A DNA stretch of 58,283 bases. Source: a bacterium (GTDB lineage Bacteria > Desulfobacterota > Binatia > UBA12015). The DNA lies in assembly GCA_030430245.1 (NCBI GenBank), contig JAUIFY010000004.1, forward strand, positions 1 to 58,283, in the 5' to 3' direction. The notes under the pieces are model-generated. The model searched no databases. It was not told the origin of the DNA and saw only the letters and a list, made by a program, of their open reading frames with translations. A program made the translations under genes and the position numbers. Positions within the stretch are counted from its first letter, which is position 1. Each line of letters begins with the position of its first letter. This document shows, piece after piece, positions 34,936 to 43,743 of the stretch.

Positions 34936-37290
34936 GTGACGCCGCGTTCGGTCCTACGCCTCGGAGCGGGCGTCGCGGTCCTCGCGGCCATCGCGGTGGC
35001 CGCGACCCGCGAGCCCGCCCCGCGCCCGCCCGCATCCTCGATCGAGCGCGTGGCACCGAACCTGAAGCGGCTGCACGCGACGGGGGTCGGGACCACACCG
35101 TTCTCCCTGGAGCCCCTCTTCCCGCAATGGACCTTCGACGAGGTGCTGTTCGCGACGCAGCCGGAGCCGGGCGGTCCCCTCTACGCGCTCGAGCAGAAGG
35201 GCGTGCTGTGGCAGATCGAGCCGGACGGCTCGGCGCGCGAACCGGCGCTCGATCTCCGGGCGCGGGTGTACTTCGAGCCCGGCAACGAGGCCGGTGCGGT
35301 CGGCGTCGCCGTTCGACCCGAGCGGGGCGACGCGTATCTCTTCTACGTCACGCTGCGCGAGGACACGATGTACGACCGCGTCTCGCGCTTCGCGCTGTCC
35401 GACGGTGGCATCGATCCCGACTCCGAAGAGATCCTGATCGAGCAGCTCCACGAGTGGCATCGCGCCCACCCCTTCGGCGAGCACTACGGCGGCGGCCTCG
35501 TCTTCGGACCGGACGGCCATCTCTACGTCGCCTTCGGCGACGAGGGCTGGGTCCCCGTCCGCGACAACGCGCAGCGCCTCGACAAGGACCTCTTCTCCGG
35601 AATCCTTCGCCTCGACGTCGATTGCACGCCGGGTGCGAGCCACCCCCCTCCGCGCGAGCCCGAATCGGGTACGACGTCCGGCTACTGCATCCCCGACGAC
35701 AATCCCTTCGTGGGAGAGCCGAACACCCTCGAGGAGTTCTACGCGATCGGGCTCCGCAATCCCTACCGCTTCTCCTTCGATCGCGAGACCGGAGCGATGT
35801 GGATCGGCGACGCGGGCTCCGACAAGTTCGAGGAGATCAACCTCGGCGTCCCCGGCGGCAACTACCAATGGAGCTATCGCGAAGGCGCGTCCCGCTACAC
35901 GGCGAGCGCACTGCGCGGAAACCGTCCGCGTCCACTGCGGGGCATGGAGCGGAGCCCGCTCTTCGCCTACCCGCACGGCAGCGGCAACGGGTGCGTCATC
36001 GGCGGACACGTCTACCGCGGCCGCGCGCACCCCGACCTGGTCGGCCGCTACGTCTTCGGCGACATCAACTCGGGCCGCATCTGGGCGCTCCTCACCGACG
36101 CGGACGGACAGGTCGTGGAGCTCGAGCAGATCGCGCAAGCCCCGCCCTACACGCTGCTCTCCTTCGGCGAGCTGGCCGATGGTGAGCTTCTCGTCATCGG
36201 CCGCCCGCCGCTCGGCCTCTCCCGCCTCGTCCCCACGGAACGTGGAGGCGAGACGCCGCGGCTCCTCTCCGAGACCGGACTGTTCTCGGACGTCGCGACG
36301 CTCACACCGGCGCCCGGCGTCTTCCCGTACGAGATCAACCTCCCGGCGTGGGCCGACGGCGCCACGTCGCGCTCCTGGATCGCGATCCCCGGCGACGGCT
36401 CGAACGAGGGCGGCGCCGCCAAGCGCGACCGCATCCTGTTCCGCCCGAACGGACCGTGGGGCTTCCCCGGCGGGTCGGTGTTCGTGCAGCACCTCGACCT
36501 CGCACTCGACCCGCGCCGACCCGGGGAGCGCACCCCGGTCGAGACGCGTGTCCTCGTCCTCACACGCGCGGGGGCCGCCCACCCGTTGTCCTACATCTGG
36601 AACGACGACGGGACCGACGCGACGCTGCAGACCGATGGCCGACCGATCGAGTTCGAGGCGATCCGCGCGGACGGCTCATCGGCCACGCGGCTCTGGAAGC
36701 CGCCGTCCCCGTCGGAGTGCCTGCGCTGCCACCACCTCGGCGTCGGACACGTCCTCGGCGTGAACGCACGTCAGTTGAAGCGCCGCGCGAGCGACTCGTC
36801 GGACGGGCCGGATCAGATTCGGGAGTGGGCCGCCTCACGCATGTTCACGAAGACGGATCTGCAGCTGCTCTCCGTCGAAGGGGCCGCGATCGACGCCGTG
36901 GCGCCCCTCGTGCCCCCGACCGCGACCGACGCGTCGCTCGAACGACGAGCGCGGTCCTACCTCGACGCGAACTGCGGCTCCTGCCACCACCCGACCAGCG
37001 GTCTCTTCGATCTTCAACGCCGGGCGTCGCTCGCTCCACTGCACGACCGGCCCGCGCGACACGACTTCGGCCACGAAGGCGCGCGCCTTCTCGTGCCGGG
37101 AGCGCCCGAGCGCTCGCTCCTCTACCTGCGTCTCGCGAGCGACGACCCGCGCGAGCAGATGCCGCCGGTCGGACGAACGATCCCGGACCCCGTCGGCGCC
37201 CGGCTGATCCACGACTACATCGCCGCGATGGAGCCGGCTCAATCCGAATCGGTCGCCGGCGACGACCCGGCCTCGTCGCCGGCGAGGTAG
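34936..37290 (+). CDS. Secreted PQQ-dependent sugar dehydrogenase (GSDH propeller) fused to a diheme c-type domain
   Basis: Signal peptide; HYGGGLVFGPDGHLYVAFGD; GILRLDV; IPDDNPF; GLRNPYRFSFD; LLSETGLF; two CxxCH motifs (CLRCH, CGSCH); QMPPVG. Confidence 0.85.
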   Translation: MTPRSVLRLGAGVAVLAAIAVAATREPAPRPPASSIERVAPNLKRLHATGVGTTPFSLEPLFPQWTFDEVLFATQPEPGGPLYALEQKGVLWQIEPDGSAREPALDLRARVYFEPGNEAGAVGVAVRPERGDAYLFYVTLREDTMYDRVSRFALSDGGIDPDSEEILIEQLHEWHRAHPFGEHYGGGLVFGPDGHLYVAFGDEGWVPVRDNAQRLDKDLFSGILRLDVDCTPGASHPPPREPESGTTSGYCIPDDNPFVGEPNTLEEFYAIGLRNPYRFSFDRETGAMWIGDAGSDKFEEINLGVPGGNYQWSYREGASRYTASALRGNRPRPLRGMERSPLFAYPHGSGNGCVIGGHVYRGRAHPDLVGRYVFGDINSGRIWALLTDADGQVVELEQIAQAPPYTLLSFGELADGELLVIGRPPLGLSRLVPTERGGETPRLLSETGLFSDVATLTPAPGVFPYEINLPAWADGATSRSWIAIPGDGSNEGGAAKRDRILFRPNGPWGFPGGSVFVQHLDLALDPRRPGERTPVETRVLVLTRAGAAHPLSYIWNDDGTDATLQTDGRPIEFEAIRADGSSATRLWKPPSPSECLRCHHLGVGHVLGVNARQLKRRASDSSDGPDQIREWAASRMFTKTDLQLLSVEGAAIDAVAPLVPPTATDASLERRARSYLDANCGSCHHPTSGLFDLQRRASLAPLHDRPARHDFGHEGARLLVPGAPERSLLYLRLASDDPREQMPPVGRTIPDPVGARLIHDYIAAMEPAQSESVAGDDPASSPAR

Positions 37291-38639
37291 CCGAGCGCCT
37301 GGAGGTTGCGCCGCGTCTCCGCCGAGATCTCCGGCGCCGCGTCGGCTGCGTCCGCGGGAAGCGCCGCGACGATCTCGAGCACCCGCCCGCGCATGCGCGC
37401 GGTCCGCTCGGGCTCCGCCTCGGCGAGGTTCGAGGTCTCACCCGGGTCGCGTGCGAGATCGTAGAGCTCGTCCGAGCCGCCCGGCAGCGAATGGATGTAC
37501 TTCCACCGCCCGATCCGCAGCGCCTTCTTCTCGCGGCCGTAGGCGATCGACTCGCTGAAGACCTCGGTCTCGCGCGCCTCCCCCCGGCGCGCCGCTTCGA
37601 CGAGGCTCGTGCCCGGCAGCGTCGCGCCCTCCGCCAGGCCCATCACGTCGAGAACCGTCGCCGGGAGGTCGCGCAGACCGACCGGTCCCCGCACGACGAC
37701 GCCTTCCGGAAGCGGGCCCCCTGCCATGATCCAGACGACGGAGAGCAGCTCCTGGTAGAGGCTCTGCCCGTGCCCGATCCCGTAGTAGCCTCGCGGGTCC
37801 TCTCCGTAGCGCCGGTGCTCCTCGGCGTGCTCCCAGAACTCCTCGCCGTGGTCCGAGAAGACGACCACCAGGGTCTGCGCCGCGAGGTCGAGCTGGTCGA
37901 GCTCGCGAAGGATCCGACCGATCTGTGCGTCGGCGAACGCAGTCTGCGCGTCGTACAGCGCGAACCCGAAGTTGTCGTGGATGAAGCGATACGAAACACC
38001 GTCGCGCCCGTCGATGGCGTCGACGACCTCCTTGCTGTGGAAGCGTGAGCGGTAGGGCTCAGGGACGAGCGTGTGGTGCTCGTGGGGGTCGGCGTAGTGG
38101 AGGTAGAGGAAGAACGGCCGTCCGCTGCGGTCGCGAAGGAACTCGATCCCCTTCTCCGTGATCCAATCCGCCCCGGCGTGCGCGTAGGCGAAGTCCTCGA
38201 AGTGCGCGTCGATCCCGTAGCCGGTGAACGCGTTGGCGGAGAACGCCTGGGTTCGGAGCCCCCGCTCGGCGAGGATCCGGGGCAGCGAGGCGACGGGGCC
38301 GAGGCGCACGGGCACGTCGTTCGTCAGATCCTTGGACTCGCCGGGGATGCGGGCTCCGTGCTCCGACGGATAGAGACCGGTGAAGACGGTCGCGACCGAA
38401 GGGAGGGTCCAGGGCGCGTGGCTCATCGCGTCGCCGAAGCGCACGCCGCGGGCCGCCAACGCCTCGAGGTTCGGCGTCGTCGGCCTCTCGTAGCCGTAGA
38501 CCGAGGTATGGTCGGGCCGAAGCGTGTCGATCCCGATCAAGAGAAGGTTCCTCGGGGGAGCCGGCTGTGGCCAGACGAGCCACAGACCGGCGATGACCGC
38601 CGCGATCGCGACGACGCGCAGGAGGCCTTTCACCGGCAC
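37239..38639 (-). CDS. Sulfatase-like (alkaline phosphatase superfamily) protein
   Basis: IDTLRPDH; APWTLPSVATVFTG; HYADPH; SDHGEEF..H; LQALGY; N-terminal TM. Confidence 0.88.
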   Translation of the reverse strand: MPVKGLLRVVAIAAVIAGLWLVWPQPAPPRNLLLIGIDTLRPDHTSVYGYERPTTPNLEALAARGVRFGDAMSHAPWTLPSVATVFTGLYPSEHGARIPGESKDLTNDVPVRLGPVASLPRILAERGLRTQAFSANAFTGYGIDAHFEDFAYAHAGADWITEKGIEFLRDRSGRPFFLYLHYADPHEHHTLVPEPYRSRFHSKEVVDAIDGRDGVSYRFIHDNFGFALYDAQTAFADAQIGRILRELDQLDLAAQTLVVVFSDHGEEFWEHAEEHRRYGEDPRGYYGIGHGQSLYQELLSVVWIMAGGPLPEGVVVRGPVGLRDLPATVLDVMGLAEGATLPGTSLVEAARRGEARETEVFSESIAYGREKKALRIGRWKYIHSLPGGSDELYDLARDPGETSNLAEAEPERTARMRGRVLEIVAALPADAADAAPEISAETRRNLQALGYLAGDEAGSSPATDSD

Positions 38640-38800
38640 GCCCTCCCCGTCCTCCCGGGACCGCGCCACCCTCTCGCGACGAAAGCAGGAGTCGCGGGGA
38701 GGTTCCGAAGCACACCCACGATCGGTGATTAGTCGTTCCGCGTGGCGCGAGCCAATCGGGCGAAGTTGACTCCCGAAATTCGCGTGACATCAATCCGGCC

Positions 38801-40213
38801 ATGATCGCCTTGCGCGTCGTCGCGACCTTGATCCTCTCCGGTCTCGTCCTGTCCGTGCCCTCCGCACCCGCCGAGGAGCCCTCGGCGGCCGAGCCGGGGA
38901 AGGAGAGCGCCGCCGCGCCGAAGCAGCGGCTCAACGTCCTACTCGTCACGATCGACACGCAGCGCTCCGATTCGTTCGGGATCTACGGGAACGAAGGCGG
39001 ACATACGCCGAACATCGACCGCCTCGCCCGGCGCAGCGTCGTCTTCGATCGCGCGACGTCGCCCGTCGGAACCACCTTCCCCTCCCACGCGTCGCTCCTG
39101 ACCGGCCTGTACCCGCGCCGCCACGGCGTGCGGTACAACGGCGACGCACTCGACGAGGAGATGGTCACGCTTGCCGAGATCCTCCGGGAAGAGGGGTACG
39201 ACACGATGGCCCTCGTCTCGTACGGATCCATGGTGAGCCGTGGCGGGCTCGCGCAGGGATTCATCCGAACGAGCCACGAGGTCGACGGCACGCCCGCCTA
39301 CCGCACGAACCCACGGCGCGTCACGACGATGGCCCGAGGCCTCTTGAAGCACGAGCGCAAGAACCCCTTCTTCATGTGGGTGCAGTACTACCACCCGCAC
39401 TCCCCCTACGACGTGACCCCGTACGCGAAGGCGGAGCTCGAGGACTACGACGGCGCGTTCGCGGACGGCGCCACGGTCAAGGAGTTCTACAAGGTCCACG
39501 GCAAGGGCGAGTTCGACGACGACGATCGCGACGCCCTGCGGACGTTGTACGACGGCGAGACCCGCGAAGCGGACCGCGTCGTCGGCCTCCTCCTCGACGA
39601 CCTCGAGAAGCGGGGGCTCGCGGACGACACGATCGTCGTCGTCACCTCGGACCACGGCGAAGTCCTCGGCGAGCATGGCGTCGCGGGCCACGGCCCGCTC
39701 CTGTGGCAGCCCGTACTCTCGGTCCCGCTCGTCATCCACGATCCGCGATCGCCGGAGCCCCGCCGCGTCGAGGAGCGCGTCGGGCTCGTCGACGTCGCGC
39801 CGACCCTCCTCGAGATGCTCGGCCTGCCGCCGCGCCCCGGTCTCGACGGTCGGAGCCTGGCCGCCGCGATGAAGGGCGAGCCACTGGAGGAGCGCCCGTA
39901 CTACAGCGAGGTGAACGCGCTAAACCCGCGCCAGAAGAAGAAGGCGGAGCGCGACGAGGATGCGGTGGTCGTCTTCCTGGGAGACCACAAGCTGATCGTC
40001 CAGGACGGCGAATCGAAGCTGTTCGACCTCGGGAAGGACCCCTCCGAGCTGGCGCCCGTTCTCGACGTCGCGAAGGACCCACGCGGGGCCGAGCTCGCCG
40101 CGCTCGCCGCCTCGTACGGAAAGCGGAAGCCCCGCTCGAAGGGACAGACCGACCCCGGGGAGCTCGCACCGAAGGTCGAGGCCGAGCTCCGCGCCCTCGG
40201 GTACATTCAGTAG
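38801..40213 (+). CDS. Sulfatase-like (alkaline phosphatase superfamily) secreted protein
   Basis: Signal peptide; IDTQRSD; GTTFPSHASLLTG; YYHPHSPY; SDHGE; LRALGY. Confidence 0.88.
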   Translation: MIALRVVATLILSGLVLSVPSAPAEEPSAAEPGKESAAAPKQRLNVLLVTIDTQRSDSFGIYGNEGGHTPNIDRLARRSVVFDRATSPVGTTFPSHASLLTGLYPRRHGVRYNGDALDEEMVTLAEILREEGYDTMALVSYGSMVSRGGLAQGFIRTSHEVDGTPAYRTNPRRVTTMARGLLKHERKNPFFMWVQYYHPHSPYDVTPYAKAELEDYDGAFADGATVKEFYKVHGKGEFDDDDRDALRTLYDGETREADRVVGLLLDDLEKRGLADDTIVVVTSDHGEVLGEHGVAGHGPLLWQPVLSVPLVIHDPRSPEPRRVEERVGLVDVAPTLLEMLGLPPRPGLDGRSLAAAMKGEPLEERPYYSEVNALNPRQKKKAERDEDAVVVFLGDHKLIVQDGESKLFDLGKDPSELAPVLDVAKDPRGAELAALAASYGKRKPRSKGQTDPGELAPKVEAELRALGYIQ

Positions 40214-41580
40214 GAGAGCCGCGAACGCAGAGCACCGAGTCGCTCGCGGAGCCGACCGATCCAGCGCCGCGCTCCGGCCTCGATGTAGTCGCGATTCAGG
40301 CGGTTCTCGCGGAACCACGGCCACACCCGGCGCAGGTTTGCCGGCGACAGCAACCACTTGGGCTTGAGCCAGATCCCCCAACGGTAGATCCAGAGGAGGT
40401 CGCGGTTGAGGATCCATGGCCAATCGACGTCGTCGAGCACGAAGACCCGCGACGAGATCGACATCGTCTCGAAACCGAATCGCGCGCCAAAGGCGAACCG
40501 CAGCGCCTGAGAGCCGACCTCGAGATGCGCCGGCATCTCTCCCGAACCGAGCGACACCAACGTCCGATCGCGGATCGACATCTCGAGGGTCTCACCGAGA
40601 TCCGGCACCCGGATGTGAAGCGGAGGGACCCGGCCGATCCGCTTCTCGGTGAACTTGTCGTGGATGTCGGCGGCGAACGACTCGAACGCCGTCGCCAGCT
40701 CGGCCAGCGGCACGACCGGCGGGTCGTCGAAGCGAAGCTCATCGAACGCCTCGCCGGCTGCGTCGAATCGAGCGAGGCTCGCGCCGGAATCGAAGGGCTC
40801 TCCAACCTCCCACGCGTCACCGGGATGGAGGAGCACCGATCGCGCCCCCTCCGCACCGAGCCGCTCGTACGCCGCGCGAGGGCTGTTCGCGAACGCGTTC
40901 ACGAATCGATTGTCGCGGTGGGAGAAGTAGACGAAGCTCGCGAACGGAACGGTCACGTCGGCTTCGAGCCATCGATGCACGTTCGTCATGTGGATCAGGA
41001 TGGACTCGGCCATCGCCGGCAGCTCGTTCGCGTAGTCCTTCCCCCCGGTGTAGCCCGCGAGCGAGAACTGCTTGAGGACGACGTCGACGTGCCCCAGGTC
41101 CGCGCGGATCTCCCGGCAGTCCGACTCGGTCACCTGAGCGTCGTTCACGTTCACGCAGACCCGGTCGCCGCCTCGAATCGCAAGGCACGAGTCCCCGTGG
41201 GGCGCGTGGAAGCACGAGACGCTCGTCCGAGGGCGAAGCGAGACTTCGCGACGATGGGGCAAGAGACGGACGTTCGCGAAGCCCAGACGGCGCAGCGCCC
41301 CCACGACCTCCTCGCTCGCCCGCTCCTGGTACAAGACCGTGACCCGCGCCTTCCACGTCTCGGGCAGCGACTTGAGCGTCGGAAAGTGGAGATGGTCGGG
41401 ATGCTCGTGCGAGATCCAGAGGAAATCGATCTCGTCGAGCCAGGCCTCGTCCCACGCGGCCTCGGGGAAGAGGCTCCAGGAGTCGTTGAACGCCTTCCCG
41501 AAGAGCCACGGGTCGCACCACACCGAGGCGTCCGGCGTCGTCGTGATGACCGACGCGTGGCTGACCAGTCGGAGCTTCAC
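40207..41580 (-). CDS. MBL-fold metallohydrolase (UlaG/CMAH C-terminal-like)
   Basis: SHAS...CDPWLFGKAFNDSW; WISHEHPDHLH; GDS; NVND; PFAS. Confidence 0.8.
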   Translation of the reverse strand: MKLRLVSHASVITTTPDASVWCDPWLFGKAFNDSWSLFPEAAWDEAWLDEIDFLWISHEHPDHLHFPTLKSLPETWKARVTVLYQERASEEVVGALRRLGFANVRLLPHRREVSLRPRTSVSCFHAPHGDSCLAIRGGDRVCVNVNDAQVTESDCREIRADLGHVDVVLKQFSLAGYTGGKDYANELPAMAESILIHMTNVHRWLEADVTVPFASFVYFSHRDNRFVNAFANSPRAAYERLGAEGARSVLLHPGDAWEVGEPFDSGASLARFDAAGEAFDELRFDDPPVVPLAELATAFESFAADIHDKFTEKRIGRVPPLHIRVPDLGETLEMSIRDRTLVSLGSGEMPAHLEVGSQALRFAFGARFGFETMSISSRVFVLDDVDWPWILNRDLLWIYRWGIWLKPKWLLSPANLRRVWPWFRENRLNRDYIEAGARRWIGRLRERLGALRSRLSY

Positions 41581-41665
41581 CTCGGGCTCAAATGGACACG
41601 TGAGGGAAGCCCGCGCAAGGTCGCGCAGGCTTGACGCCGGGCGGGCCGGCTGCGAACGCCAGAAC

Positions 41666-43087
41666 ATGCCGCGACTCCCACCTCTCGCACGATGGGCGCT
41701 GCTGCTCGTCGCGCTCGCGACGTCCGGACCGACGGACGCGGGAGCGGACGAGACGACGCCGAGCATCCTCCTCGTGGTGCTCGATGCCTGCCGAGCCGAT
41801 CGACTGAGCCCGTACGGGTACGACCGCGAGACCACGCCGACGCTGAGCGAGGTCGTGAAGTCCCCCGACGCGGTCCTGTTCGAGCGCCACTACGTCCAGG
41901 CGCCGTGGACGAAGCCGTCGACCGCGAGCCTGTTCACGGGGCTTCCGGTGTCGCAACACAAGGTGTACCGCGGCCACACGCGAAAGGCCGAACGCAGATC
42001 GAAGGACGCGTTCGTCACCGACCGCCTGAGCGACGAGCGAGAGACGCTCGCAGAGCGCCTGAGGGGCGCCGGCTACTCGACCTTCGCGGTGGTGTGGGGA
42101 CGACAGCTCGAGCCCGAATACGGCTTCGCCCAGGGCTTCGACACCTACGTGACGAACGAGATCGAGCCCGGCGTCGCGACCGACCCGGAGCGTCTCGAGC
42201 GGCTGCTCGCGCTGATCGACGCGTCGGAGAAGCCCTTCTTCGGCTACGTCCACTTCGAAGGCTGCCACCTGCCCTTTCCCGAGCACGACCGCCACGCGGA
42301 CTACATGCGCGAGCACGAGGTTCCGTACGACGAGGCGGCGCGGCGCGAGGCGGGCGTCGACATCGGAGACGGCGGGCTCGTGTTCGACATCAACCGCGGC
42401 GGCCTCACCCTCGAGGACGACGACGCCGCGTTCCTCGACCTGGCCTACCAGGCCAAGACGCGCCGCATGGACGAGAGGATCGTCCGTCCACTCGTCGACG
42501 GACTCCACGAGCGCGGGCTCGACGACGAGCTCGTCCTGATCTTCACCGCCGACCACGGCGAAGAGCTGTACGAGCACCGGAAGTACGGACACTCCCAGGG
42601 GCTGTGGGAGGAGATCATCCACGTGCCCTTGATCGTGCGCTTTCCTCCCGGAGCGAAGCCCGCCCAGCTGCCGAAGACCGTCGGGGCGCCGACCCAGGCC
42701 ATCGACCTCCTGCCATCGCTGATGGGGGTGGCCGGTCTACCCGACGACGCCGGGCTCCCGGGCGCGAATCTCTTCGCCGGCGAGACGCCGAGGCATGCCG
42801 TCTCGGAGATGTCACCCATTTGGGGGGCACGCGGCTACGCCATCATCCAGGGCGACCACAAGCTCCTCCACATCGGAGGCGGCAACTATCTGAGTCACCT
42901 GGCCACCGATCCCGGCGAGAAGGTCAACATCGCAGCGAAGGATCCCGCGAAGGCCGCGATGCTCTCCGCGAAGGCACTCGAGCTGAAGCGCCACTTCAAC
43001 GAGCTGCAGCAGGACGCGCCCGAGGTCGACGTCGACCTCGACCCCGAGGCGATCGAGCGGCTGAAGTCGCTCGGCTACATGGAGTGA
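41666..43087 (+). CDS. Sulfatase-like (alkaline phosphatase superfamily) secreted protein
   Basis: Signal peptide; LDACRAD; APWTKPSTASLFTG; HFEGCHLP; ADHGEELYEH; LKSLGY. Confidence 0.88.
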   Translation: MPRLPPLARWALLLVALATSGPTDAGADETTPSILLVVLDACRADRLSPYGYDRETTPTLSEVVKSPDAVLFERHYVQAPWTKPSTASLFTGLPVSQHKVYRGHTRKAERRSKDAFVTDRLSDERETLAERLRGAGYSTFAVVWGRQLEPEYGFAQGFDTYVTNEIEPGVATDPERLERLLALIDASEKPFFGYVHFEGCHLPFPEHDRHADYMREHEVPYDEAARREAGVDIGDGGLVFDINRGGLTLEDDDAAFLDLAYQAKTRRMDERIVRPLVDGLHERGLDDELVLIFTADHGEELYEHRKYGHSQGLWEEIIHVPLIVRFPPGAKPAQLPKTVGAPTQAIDLLPSLMGVAGLPDDAGLPGANLFAGETPRHAVSEMSPIWGARGYAIIQGDHKLLHIGGGNYLSHLATDPGEKVNIAAKDPAKAAMLSAKALELKRHFNELQQDAPEVDVDLDPEAIERLKSLGYME

Positions 43088-43128
43088 CGCCGCGAGCGAC
43101 GGCGTCGGGCTTCGCGCATGCTCTCTCC

Positions 43129-43743
43129 CTAGCGCTTCGAGCGGTCCGCGATCTCCGACCAGGAGTAGACGCGCTCGACCCGGGCGCGCACGCGCCGGTC
43201 GAGTCCGCGCACGTCGCGGTTCCACGGGCGATCGAGCAACAGCACCGGAGTGTCGGTCGTCTCGACCAGGAACTGCGTCATCGTGATCGAGTCCTCCACG
43301 GCGATCCGGAAGCGGCGGGTCGCGAGCTCCTCCAGGGGCACCGCCTGGGCCAGGTGCTTCTGCCTTCCGTATTTGTCGACCGACGCGACCGCCGCATGCG
43401 GCATCCCCTCGCGCTCGAGCCACCGCCTCGTCGCGGGGATCGTCGCCGGAGGGCGCCCGGTCACGATCTCCACACGCTCGCCCCGCGCCGCCCATCCTCC
43501 GAGGATCTCGGCGGCACCCTCGATCGCGGCCATCGACTCGATCACCTCGTCGTCGTGCGCCGCGTCGAGCAGCCGATCCCGCTCGGCCTCCGACAACCCG
43601 AACGACCGCCCGAGGTCGAAGGAGTGGCATTGCTCGTAGGAGACGTCCTTCGCGAAGAGCTCGCGGACGAGTCGGATCAGCGACGCGGCCGTGTCGGCCA
43701 GTACGTCGTCGACGTCGACGTAGATCGGCAGATCCGCGCTCAC
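43129..43743 (-). CDS. 5'(3')-nucleotidase NT5C-type HAD protein
   Basis: IYVDVDDVLAD; IVTGRP; DKYGR; AVEDS; DRPWNR; RVYSWSEI; GTGA overlap with the CoA-transferase stop. Confidence 0.8.
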   Translation of the reverse strand: MSADLPIYVDVDDVLADTAASLIRLVRELFAKDVSYEQCHSFDLGRSFGLSEAERDRLLDAAHDDEVIESMAAIEGAAEILGGWAARGERVEIVTGRPPATIPATRRWLEREGMPHAAVASVDKYGRQKHLAQAVPLEELATRRFRIAVEDSITMTQFLVETTDTPVLLLDRPWNRDVRGLDRRVRARVERVYSWSEIADRSKR

